Assembly: GCF_902652985.1 (NCBI RefSeq)
Contig: NC_047024.1
Location: 23,312,001 to 23,376,000, forward strand
Direction of reading: 5' to 3'
Origin: Pecten maximus
Lineage: Eukaryota
DNA length: 64,000 nt
Part shown: positions 1 to 12,500 of the stretch, piece after piece
Layout: every line of letters begins with the position of its first letter
Numbering within the stretch: the stretch's first letter is position 1
Program-made: the position numbers and the translations under genes
The notes under the pieces: generated by a model
Told to the model about the DNA's origin: nothing
The model's database searches: none
Seen by the model: only the letters and a program-made list of their open reading frames with translations

Positions 1-413
1 TCCCTTGTATATTTTGAATAAGAATTATCGATGGGATTTGGCCCTGCCCCTTGGGACTTAGGTCATAACTTTGAAACAGTCATAATCTCAATTCCATAAC
101 CATTAATGTTGGGACTATAGGAATTGGTCCCAAGGGTGTGACCTGTAAATTTTTTATGTGGGATCAGGATGTATAAGATAGCCTTTGGCTTACAGAACTA
201 ATCTTCAATGAAAATATTTTCCCATGATTATATTCGTCTCAACATACAAGCCAATATATAGTGGTCTTTTTGTTTAATATCACACTTTCCAAAAATGAAA
301 ATAATTTTCCAAAGAGCTTTGAGGTATGGAGAAATACTTACAGAAATAAATTTATACAAAAAATAGTAATATGGAGGATGTTATTTACAAAACAGTAATA
401 TTTTTGTTTACAG

Positions 414-529
414 GTGTCGTGGTGCTGTTACTCGCTGTATTAAGTCCAGTCTAGGCTGTACATTCCAGGGTCCGAGAAGTGCACTACAGAGCCACCTGTG
501 GGAGTGTCCGTATAGGGACCAGGATGGAG
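414..529 (+). CDS. LNX2: LNX exon: zinc finger C-terminal to the RING ([38 protein letters not shown])
   Basis: tttttgtttacag acceptor and gag|gtatgt donor. TRAF-like C..GC..G.R..L..HL..C pattern. Phase-1 end matches the next exon. Confidence 0.8.
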
Positions 530-3500
530 GTATGTAGAACCAATCAACAGCCAGACATCCATTCTTAAATTCACAGAGAATTACGACCCTTTTCAGAATT
601 TCTGTGAAAATTAAATCTTTTATTGCTTCAATCTTTTAGTAAAACCACAAAAATATTGAACCACCTAAAAATGTATTGATTTACAGTAATGTAATTTACT
701 AGTAAAACCACAAAAATATTCAACCACCAAAAACTAAATGTTTACAGTAATGTACTATAGTGAAACCACAAAAATATTGAACCACCAAAAACATGAAATT
801 TACATATAGTGAAACAACAAAAATATTCAACCACCAAAAACATAAAATTCCAGTAATGTGCTGTAGTGAAACAACAAATATATGAAACCACCAAAAACTT
901 AAAAGTAAAAATTTACAGTAATGTCCTTTAGTGAAACCACGAAAATATTGAACCACCAAAAACCTAAAATTACTGCAATGAACTAAAGTAAAACAGCAAA
1001 AATATTTAACCACCAAAAACTAAAAATTTACATATAGTGAAACAACAAAAATATTCATATACTATAGTGAAACCACAAAAATATTAAACCACCAAAAACT
1101 AAAAATCTACAGTAATGTACTATATATGATATAGTGACCTGTAATGATTTTGTGAATGTACTATGTCCCGATCTTACCTGTATTGTGTTACCTGTGAGAT
1201 TTTTACCTGCTACACTGATTGACACATGTCATTTCCACCTGCCCTGGATCACTGATGTTCGTGGTAATTTTTCTTGATTTACGCTGAGTGGAATGATAAT
1301 GGAGGCTATTAAACTGTCACTTGTACGTAGGCATCGATCGTTTGAGGTCTGCTCATTCTAATACCTTTTATACACGAAGTTAACATAGAAAACCTATATA
1401 GAACTTCAAGGGATTAAAATTTTATATACTGATAGATAATGATGAATATCGACGAAATATGTTGGTAAGATGTATGATATGAATAATTATGTCAAGCCTG
1501 ATGTGTAAAATATTTAATGAGGCTATTAAATGCAGTTCCTCATGACGTCTGCCTGTCAGACAAACGTTCGGACATGCTGATTATGACTTTAAGGATATAA
1601 ATGTACATGTTTCATGTGTACAACAGCTATAGGTTGAAGATGCAAAATCTATAGACACACTAACGAAATTTCAAATCTTTATGGCATTTTCATTTTTTGA
1701 TTAATCTGAATATAAAATATGCTTTAAAATTTGATGCCATAATTGTGGCAAAATTGTGTTAAAATGTATGTAAGCATACAGAAGAGATTATCAGTGAAAA
1801 TATATATGCAAAAAAAAAGTTCTCAACAAAATTACATTTTTTATAGCCTAGCTTTTTCTACATTTTCATCGAGATACTATATAAATCATGACAACTTGAA
1901 TGATTAAAGAGTCCATCCGACACAGACTTTATAACAGACAACATCGCCAAACAAAATCCCACAACAACGGCAATGTTATGCTTGTTACAAAAGCCTGCCT
2001 TTGCTTAATAAACATGAATGAGTTTCGAGACCTTTGCACGCGATCACACGTGGCCGTGTCACTGTAAGGCCAAGTCACGGGGAGGGTCTGCCTGTGTGGG
2101 GTTCATCAAGATAAACGGGCCGTGTCTGGGAGACTGCAAGAGACAAAAACTATTATTGACAAAGACATTTATACCATGCAGTTAGAAAAACGGATTGGCG
2201 ATGCTGGCATGTTTTATGTTCGTTTGTCATACAAACTAATGCCTGGCCACTGACTACCATTGATTTCAGGGGCTAATGGGTGCAGTCTTATGTAAACCAG
2301 CGAATGTCAAGTCTTTAGCTTGTAAACCAGCAATCATGTTGTTTATGTTCGGAAAAACCAAATATTGGCTATCTAAAGATAGCCCAATGTTACATAAGAG
2401 AAGCCCAATCAAATTTGCCGTCGGCTCAAGACAAAGATTATTTTTTACTGTGTTTGTGTAGAAGAAACTCTCATAGATGGTACATAGTAAATCTAACAGT
2501 GTTGGTCATTTTTCGTGGTACACTTTATTCAATTTTACCGTATTTATCCCGAAATAAAGCCCGGGAGGTGGGCTTGATTACAGGTCAATGTAATAGGATT
2601 TGGTTTGATTTTATTGTTTGACCTTATGATGTGCAGCTATGGTCATCCAAAGATGGAAATAGGATTTCTTGACAACTTGGCATTTTATAAGCTGCAATAG
2701 AAATGGTAGGGCTTAATAGCAGGCATTGGGTTTTTGCGGGGTAATTACTGTATACAATTGTGTATCACAGCTAGAAGAACATTTACTAGGATATCTGATC
2801 TAAAGGGTCAGGATGCATACATGCCATTCTTTCAGGAGACCAATAAGGGAGATTGATGATTATTTTAAGGGAGTTTTGCCTAAAATAAGGGAGATTTGTG
2901 CGCGACATAAATATCAACATTTTTACTCAATTTTAAAGCAATAAACTAATTTTGAAAGTGATAAAGAATATTTATATTTATTTTGGATATTAATCATATT
3001 GTATATGCAAACAACAAAAAGTTGTATAAGGTAACAAATGCAATAGTATACATTCAGATTCTGATGATATGAAATTATTTTTTGATTTTTTTTTTATGTA
3101 ACACAAAAAGTTTCACAGCTTTATGCATATTACATAACATCATTTGAAAAGGGTATATTATAATTACATGTAGCTAAAGATTAAGACAAGAAAGTTTATC
3201 ATTTATCGGTTTGGATTTTCTTAAAATTAGAAAGCTTGATCCACTCTGAGGGAACACATCAGTTGTAAAAATCACTATGAAATGTCCTGTGGGATCCCTT
3301 ATGTTGGACCATTTAGATATAAAAAAAGTGTGCAAGTGTATACATGAAGTCATGAGAATGAAGATGTTCATATTAGGAGACTGCAGTAAATCTTATCACG
3401 ATCATTCTAGATTTTGTATATATTGTCTCTGTCTGATGTCATGGACGGTACAGTCATTGTAAACATCATGATTGACCACTACGACCAACAGATGTGCTAA

Positions 3501-6500
3501 TTTTGATAGTTTTCTAAAAGAAAATATCGGATTTCATCTTGCTATCACTGGTCAACGATACACATGTTATATGAAAAACACGTGTGATTTTGCGTCTGAC
3601 CAGGCTCTGTATCAATTACCATCATCAAAGTATGGTCCTAAAAGAAAACAAACAATAATTCAAGTCTGTTAGCAAAGAGGGTTAAAGTTGTTTGTAAGCG
3701 ACTTGCCTTAAATTTATTTCATGGTGATAGATATTCTAGCGCAAACATTACACTAGCCAGAGCTTCGTGTGAAAGCCGTGTCCAACAGGCGCCATTTTGA
3801 TTGAGTGATCACGTGAACAGATGGATCACGTGATCGCTAAATTTAGCCAAATCTCACGAGAAAAACTACTGAATTGTAAACAAATATGGCTTCGGCAAAA
3901 ATACCGGAGGGAATTACAAAATACGGGAATTTGGGCTCTCCTCCCGGGAGGAAATAAATGACTTGAAAATAAGGGAGATTTTGTCTCACGCCGGGAGGTA
4001 TGGCATGTATGAGGATGACCTCAAGTCATATAAGCTTCGTCCGTCGCCATCTGCTCAAATTCCGCCAACGTGATTCAGCTGTTACTTACCAGAAATGATC
4101 CTGAAATGGTGCTGGCCAAGTGTTATTATTTTTTGGGTCAGTCCAAAATCCAAGATGGCCGCCATGGCCAACAGTACCACTATACTTAATTGCATTTGCT
4201 AATGACTACAAAAGTACTAGGGTCTTTAGTCAGATGACTGTTAAGGCCCATTGGGTCTCTTGTTTATAAAGTAACAGAATTACCAGTGAAGAGTTTGCTT
4301 CTGGATCCACCATTTTGTTTTTCTTGGAATAACTGAAACTTAAGAAGTCTGAAGATAAAAGAAATTTGACTTGAGAGATGAGAACCCCTATTTTTAATTG
4401 TCTGCCAGGTTACAACATTAACAGTTTTACCACAACATGCAAAAGCTTACAGATCATGTGACAAACTAAAAGCCGTAACCAAAGCTTTTGTCGATAAAAA
4501 AAATGGAACATTTGCATTCAGAGAGAAACATGTCTGATACATCAACCCACATATTTTTTAGACAGTTTTCCAATTTCCTGCTAAATGTCGAAAACTGGTG
4601 AGCATTTAACAGTTCTGCATCTGTCTGGGTAGAAATAGCTCAGAATCATGAAAGAATAGTTTTCAATTAATTCTTCACCTCTTGCATAATTCTGTAACTA
4701 ATGGTAAAAATTCTTTACATTTTGATCAAATGATAAAAGTACTTGACAGTCAAGCTATTTTCAGGTTTCGGTTTGAAGAGAGAAAAATATATGACAAATA
4801 TAGCAAATAATACCTAATAAATACCTATTTAAAAAATTCTGCAAAAATATGATATGTAGAATTGACTACGATATTGCTGCCGACCATTTATAAGCCAACG
4901 CCAATTAATAAGCCCACCCACATCTGCTACGTAGATTTATGCTAACTTTATACTGCAGTGCCGTGTAATAAGTCCAGTCCTTTTGAGATGGATGTTAGGT
5001 ACTGATCCCCTGGGCTTGTTACAGGATAAATATGGAAATATTTATGGTAATGTACTTTGATTTCTAGACCGTTGATAAAGACACGTGCACTTGGCAATTT
5101 GTAGAGGGATCGAAGTGTGTGGTTTGATCCACCAGTCAGATATGTACCAAATATGGTCAGAGAGAAAGAAGAAAACATGAAAATGAAAGAGACAACCTTT
5201 GTCACTCACGTGTCCATTGGGCACCAAAAAAAAAAAAAAAACACCAAAAGACCCAGCTTTCATCTGAGGTGCAAATTCCCTACAGGATCATCGACTTAAT
5301 TCTATTGTTAAAGCTTTAACAAACCACAGAATGTTTTGATACTTGACAGATGATGTTTATTCCAAAGCCACAAGAGGGTAAATCTATTTCAGTCTATCTA
5401 GAAGCTTTTTTCTTTGATTCTGTTTTCTCTTAAATAAAAACCAATAGATGTTTTATTTACATTTTGCGTTGTAAGCTCACAGCATTTCAGCAAATCAATA
5501 TTGATTTAGTTTGGAATTTCATTCATAGGTCTATATTTATACATTCTAGAATCACATGACAAGGATTTGACCTCATTTTGGCACTGCCTTGATCTATGTT
5601 ACATCAAAACATTGAATCAATCATTTAGATTATAATGACTTTCAAGAATCTCTTTATTCTGTACAAAAGTCAACAAGAAAAACATTTGTAATTTAGATGG
5701 ATTTCACACAAGAATACTTGTAAATGGTATCTGAAATAGACATGTAAATATTTTAAATAATCTCTGAAATTGACGTAAGAATATTTCAAAATTATCTCTG
5801 AAATAGATGTAGGAATATCTTAAAATAATCTCTGAAATTCACAGAAGAATATTTTGAATAACTTCTAAAATTCACAGAAGAATATTTTGAATAACCACTA
5901 AAATTCACAGAAGAATATTTTGAATAACCACTAAAATTCACAGAAGAATATTTTGAATAACCACTAAAATTCACAGAAGAATATTTTGAATAACCACTAA
6001 AATTCACAGAAGAATATTTTGAATAACCACTAATATTCACAGAAGAATATTTTGAATAACTTCTAAAATTCACAGAAGAATCTTTTGATTTGTCACTTGA
6101 TATAAATTGTGTCATGAAATTTCCAAAATTTGTAATACACAGTATTGACCTCGGTTTTATTACAGATCAAACCTACAAACCATGTATAGGACAAAAGATG
6201 AACAAATGTCAGCATATGTTACCTTAACAGAAAATGGATACAATCCAAAGTTTGTTTTTTCCTAGTTAAGTACTTGTAGACACTAATTTCCCCTAGAAGT
6301 AATGTTTTTATGTGACAGACTGTTCTGATACTGCAGAAATGTCTTTGAACCTGATGGCTCCGTCTGATCTAATTTGAAACATGGGGACCTCTGCTTATCA
6401 GTGACATGAACTGTTGGTGAAATGCAGGACTCTTCTGGTGCAGGACCTGGGGTGAATGAGTGGAAACCGTATTGAACATGATATCATGATTTTTTTTTTT

Positions 6501-9500
6501 GTCTGTTAACGGGGTTACTCATTTATCGGTTTCCATGTCAGAATCAATTCCTACATGAGTAATGCTTACACGCCATCATTGTCCCGAAATTCACTTACGT
6601 GATATCTTGCCAAAACATTTCGACAGTGACGTGATGCTCCCGTGTATATATATAATGGAAGCAGACTTTTTCACTTGATCACTGCTGCGTTTTACTTTAA
6701 CCAGACTGACAATGACAAGCTCACATTTGGAGAGAAACTTCACTCCGTTTAGCAACAGACAGCGTCTCTGTATTAACGACGATACACTTTCAAAGATGGG
6801 ACCAGACATTCTTCGTTGTGTTCACGATCGTGTTTATTTCCTTCTCACAGGCAAGAACCCGGTGATGGATGGTGAGGTGTCCACTATTGAAATCCAGCGC
6901 ACGCAGGCCGACCTGGGCATCAGTGTAGTGGGTGGCTGTGACACTCCCCTGGTACGTATCCATGATGCAACTGCAACTAGTCATACTTGCCTAATGATTG
7001 GCTTATTGCATTACACAAGCATTAAATATGTCTACCATTCAACATTTGATGATGTATACTGTTATATAATGTATATAATGCTTTCAGTTGTGTATGCCAT
7101 TGACAGATTTAAAGTGATTTGGTTTCAAATCCTCAACACCTTTTTATTCTTTTTTAAGGTGACACCATCATCCGTCTGCAACATTGTTTTGTTTTTTGCT
7201 TGTCATGCCAATTTCAAAGGTTGAAGGCAGACGACAGGTTTTTTTTTTTTATTGATTTGTTTGTCTGGACTTGTAGCCAGTACCAAGATAAGGAGCTATA
7301 CATACGTAACTTTCCAAAACATTGAAGTTCAATAGATTCAATTTGATACATTTTAGCACTTTTTGTATTTTTTGAGATTTTTTTTGTTCAAGAATATTTT
7401 GACTTGTAAATGAGGAACATACCACTCAAGTTTTTATCTGTAAGCTCAACATCTAAAAACTCCTGGCTGAAAGGTTTTGACAGATCGGCAGTCACAAAAC
7501 AGTGGAGTGTGAAACTGCTATCTAATTCATATTTTCACATTAGAGGTAACTGTCGCACTGTCTGAGGAATTAATTATCTGATTCACTAAAATCTGTCAAA
7601 TTTTTTATTAGCTACATGTACTTTCTGGATGACAAAATGTTTCACACTGAAATTGCATGCATGGGTCTTGTTCCTAGAATTAATAGAGTTATGGCCCTTT
7701 TTTTTCTTTTTTCGTTGTTGATAGATTTGGCCTAAGATTTGGGGGTATGACATGTTTGATACAGCAACAGAACACTGACTATAGTCGGTGAGATGAAACC
7801 TAGCAATAGGCGGAGTCACGTAGGCAGTAAACCACTAACTTACCAAAAAACTATTATAATAAGCTTTAATATGCCTTGGTCATATCACAAGAAAATGCTG
7901 GGAGAGTTGTTTTATTTTTTATGAAGTTTCACCTGTGGCACCTTGATAATGTATCTAGTATAATGTGATTCTGTTTAGCATATTTAATGTGACTTTTCTT
8001 GCTTCGGCTCTCCTTCCAATCAGAAGGTCCGTACAAATTACATATTACCTCCATCAATCAGGAGGGTCCCATTAGTCGGTATTGTTTAAATCCCTGCCAC
8101 CTGATCTGCATAATCTCCTTATCAAACAAGGCAATCTTTCGTGATGAAGTGAACTAGGCTGGCTGCTTTAGAGAAGATGAATAGGAAGTTATTATCAAAC
8201 CATTAAAGATCCTTTGACATGCTACCTCTTGTGTAATGAGCCGTATTTTCATACTCCATTTGTGGAATGCCATTGATGTTTTCTTGTGTGTATCCGTAGC
8301 ATTAGAAGTCCTCCTTTCCTTTCTGGTACAAAGGCATGATTAACTTCATTACCAGTACAAAGTACTTTTCGGCTGTTTTCCTGAAAGTGGTGATCATGGC
8401 ATTTTCTTCACATCATCTATCAGATACGGTTTTGTCCAGATCCATATTCCTCTTAACAGGGTGCATTATGTATGTCATAGTGCATTGGATAGTTGTTGAA
8501 ATATATATGCATATATTGTATTGCTAGCTATAACCCATGGTGTATAATGACCTTCGTCCCAAGGTCATTATCCAAGGTCAAGGTGGCATGGATATCTAAG
8601 ACGGGCATTCATGCAATAATTCTGCTATTGTTTAATTTTGGCTCGATCTTTGGTATATACCACATTATTGTTGTTGTATACCCAAAGATGTGTGATGAAT
8701 TTGACACAAGGTCAAATTTAAGAAGGTCAGGGTCATTTAGCATAGACTTCTTATAAAAAACAGTGTTTGAGCAATGTTTGTAGGCAAAACAGGGAGTCTT
8801 TGAAAAGCCATGCTTTAATTCTGATAAAGGGAAGCAAAAATCATCAAACATATACTATCATCCCTTGCTTAGGTGGTGCATTGCTAAATAAATAAAAGAA
8901 GAGTAAAAGGAAGAGAACGAAGACAGGAAATGTGGGGGAGGGTATAAAACTCAAGATTTGCCAGACCAATGATTCAAACTTTGTAGTTCACTGTGGATGT
9001 GATGAGGGGAAGTATGCTCTCTCCTAAATATATATATTTCATTTTTGCCTGTGAGATATAGAAAGTTAATAGATTTTGCCGTGAAAATATCAAGTTTAGC
9101 CAGAACTACTTTCCTGTTGTAAGAGTTGTTCCCCTTGATCAAACTGCTTATCCTGATCAGCTGACTTGATCGGTTGTCATTTTGACTGATGGGCCTGGCT
9201 ACTTTCCAGTCGGCAGTTTTAAGAAAAAAATAAGTAAAAGCATTTTAAGGCCTCATTTAAAATGTAATAAAAAGAAAATTCAATGGTTTGCTGTTTATAT
9301 CAAATATAATTCACTCATATGGCAGATTTTTAGGTCACCCAAGACAAAGTCTCAAATGACCTATGCTAATCGCGTTTTGTTCGTTTGTCGTTTGCCGTTC
9401 GTAAACGGTTTACATTTTCAACGTCATCTCAATAACTAAGCAACCTGATATTTGACATATAGCATGCTGGGGTGAAGGGCTATCAAGATTGTTCAAATGA

Positions 9501-12500
9501 ATGACCTTGACCTGATATTGTGCCTTTAGCATGCTGGGGCATTGACCTTCAATTAAGTCACTGGAATCAAATCTGCCAAAATATATCAAAACTCAGGTGA
9601 CCGTTAAGCCTCTTGTTTTTTTTTCTATCTATCAATTGTTGTCAAGAGTTTGATGTACTTTTGAAAAACATAATGTGATTTTTTCATAGCTATACCCCAG
9701 ATTCCTCAGAGATACAAAAACTTGTTAGCTCCTACCATTTTGCTGATCAATATGACATACTGGGAAACCCATAGATAGTTATACATTAACAGACCATTCC
9801 TTGGAAAGGATTACAACTTCTTTCTCGGTAGATAGAGATAATTAACAGTCAGACATTTGTCAATGAGAATGTTTTGTGTTTTAGGCCTGTATTGTGATTC
9901 AAGAAATATTCCCAGATGGTGTCATCGCTAAGGACAACAGACTGTTGCCAGGTGACCAGATATTGGAGGTAAGAGTGTTGTTAATTATGATATTTGGAAT
10001 GAAAATATTTAAAAAATGAAACCGTGTCATATATACAAGTTTTTTGCATCAAATAAACAACATTTCTTATATACTCAACTACCAAAGTCATTCACTAGAG
10101 GTTAATTATCACATATGGACCTCAGTGACCAATAGTTAGTCAGTAGGGGTCAGTTAGTACATACAGGCCTCAGTAACCAATAGTCAGTAGGGGTCAGTTA
10201 GTACATATGGACCTCAGTAACCAATAGTCAGTCAGTAGGGGTCAGTTAGTACATATGGACCTCAGTAACTAATAGTCAGTCAGTAGGGGTCAGTTAGTAC
10301 ATATGGACCTCAGTAACCAATAGTCAGTCAGTAGGGGTCAGTTAGTACATATGGACCTCAGTAACCAATAGTCAGTAGGGGTCAGTTAGTACATATGGAC
10401 CTCAATAACCAATAGTCAGTCAGTGGGGGTCAGTTAGTACATATGGACCTCAGTAACCAATAGTCAGTCAGTGGGGGTCAGTTAGTACATATGGACCTCA
10501 GTAACCAATAGTCAGTCAGTAGGGGTCAGTTAGTACATATGGACCTCAGTAACCAATAGTCAGTCAGTAGGGGTCAGTTAGTACATATGGACCTCAGTAA
10601 CCAATAGTCAGTCAGTAGGGGTCAGTTAGTACATATGGACCATGCAGTAACCAATAGTCAGTCAGTAGGGGTCAGTTAGTACATATGGACCTCAGTAACC
10701 AATAGTCAGTCAGTAGGGGTCAGTTAGTACATATGGACCTCAGTAACCAATAGTCAGTCAGTGGGGGTCAGTTAGTACATATGGACCTCAGTAACCAATA
10801 GTCAGTAGGGGTCAGTTAGTACATATGGACCTCAGTAACCAATAGTCAGTAGGGGTCAGTTAGTACATATGGACCTCAGTAACCAATAGTCAGTAGGGGT
10901 CAGTTAGTACATATGGACCTCAGTAACCAATAGTTAGTCAGTGGGGGTCAGTTAGTACATATGGACCTCAGTAACCAATAGTCAGTCAGTGGGGGTCAGT
11001 TAGTACATATGGACCTCAGTAACCAATAGTCAGTCAGTAGGGGTCAGTTAGTACATATGGACCTCAGTAACCAATAGTCAGTCAGTAGGGGTCAGTTAGT
11101 ACATATGGACCTCAGTAACCAATAGTCAGTCAGTAGGGGTCAGTTAGTACATATGGACCTCAGTAACCAATAGTCAGTCAGTGGGGGTCAGTTAGTACAT
11201 ATGGACCTCAGTAACCAATAGTCAGTCAGTAGGGGTCAGTTAGTACATATGGACCTCAGTAACCAATAGTGAGTCAGTAGGGGTCAGTTAGTACATATGG
11301 ACCTCAGTAAGCAATAGTCAGTCAGTAGGGGTCAGTTAGTACATATGGACCTCAGTAACCAATAGTCAGTATGGGTCAGTTAGTACATATGGACCTCAGT
11401 AACCAATAGTCAGTCAGTAGGGGTCAGTTAGTACATATGGACCTCAGTAACCAATAGTCAGTAGGGGTCAGTTAGTACATATGGACCTCAGTAACCAATA
11501 GTCAGTCAGTAGGGGTCAGTTAGTACATATGGACCTCAGTAACCAATAGTCAGTAGGGGTCAGTTAGTACATATGGACCTCAGTAACCAATAGTCAGTCA
11601 GTAGGGGTTAGTACATATGGACCTCAGTAACCAATAGTCAGTCAGTAGGGGTCAGTTAGTACATATGGACCTCAGTAACCAATAGTCAGTAGGGGTCAGT
11701 TAGTACATATGGACCTCAGTAACCAATAGTCAGTCAGTAGGGGTCAGTTAGTACATATGGACCTCAATAACCAATAGTCAGTAGGGGTCAGTTAGTACAT
11801 ATGGACCTCAGTAACCAATAGTCAGTCAGTAGGGGTCAGTTAGTACATATGGACCTCAGTAACCAATAGTCAGTAGGGGTCAGTTAGTACATATGGACCT
11901 CAGTAACCAATAGTCAGTAGGGGTCAGTTAGTACATATGGACCTCAGTAACCAATAGTCAGTGGGGGTCAGTTAGTACATATGGACCTCAGTAACCAATA
12001 GTCAGTAGGGGTCAGTTAGTACATATGGACCTCAGTAACCAATAGTCAGTCAGTAGGGGTCAGTTAGTACATATGGACCTCAATAACCAATAGTCAGTCA
12101 GTAGGGGTCAGTTAGTACATATGGACCTCAGTAACCAATAGTCAGTCAGTAGGGGTCAGTTAGTACATATGGACCTCAGTAACCAATAGTCAGTCAGTAG
12201 GGGTCAGTTAGTACATATGGACCTCAGTAACCAATAGTCAGTCAGTAGGGGTCAGTTAGTACATATTGACCTCAGTAACCAATAGTCAGTAGTGGTCAGT
12301 TAGTACATATGGACCTCAGTGACCAATAGTCAGTCAGTAGGGGTCAGTTAGTACATATGGACCGCAGTAACCAATAGTCAGTAGTGGTCAGTTAGTACAT
12401 ATGGACCTCAGTAACCAATAATCAGTCAGTAGGGTCAGTTAGTACATATGGACCTCAGTAACCTATAGTCAGTAGGGGTCAGTTAGTACATAATAGTCAA

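Noticed and set aside
6712-7224. 170-aa ORF as a stand-alone gene
   Set aside because: Only 6851-6951 is PDZ-like and bounded by splice sites. The rest is intron read-through.
8000-8470. Possible decayed LINE coding fragment on the minus strand (…[10 protein letters not shown]…)
   Set aside because: A single weak motif with stops and no continuous frame. It cannot be supported without a search.
10110-12492. Tandem arrays as CRISPR arrays (also 22675-24229, 36265-38047, 44560-45100)
   Set aside because: The units are contiguous with no unique spacers, there are no cas genes, and the context is an intron-containing eukaryotic locus.
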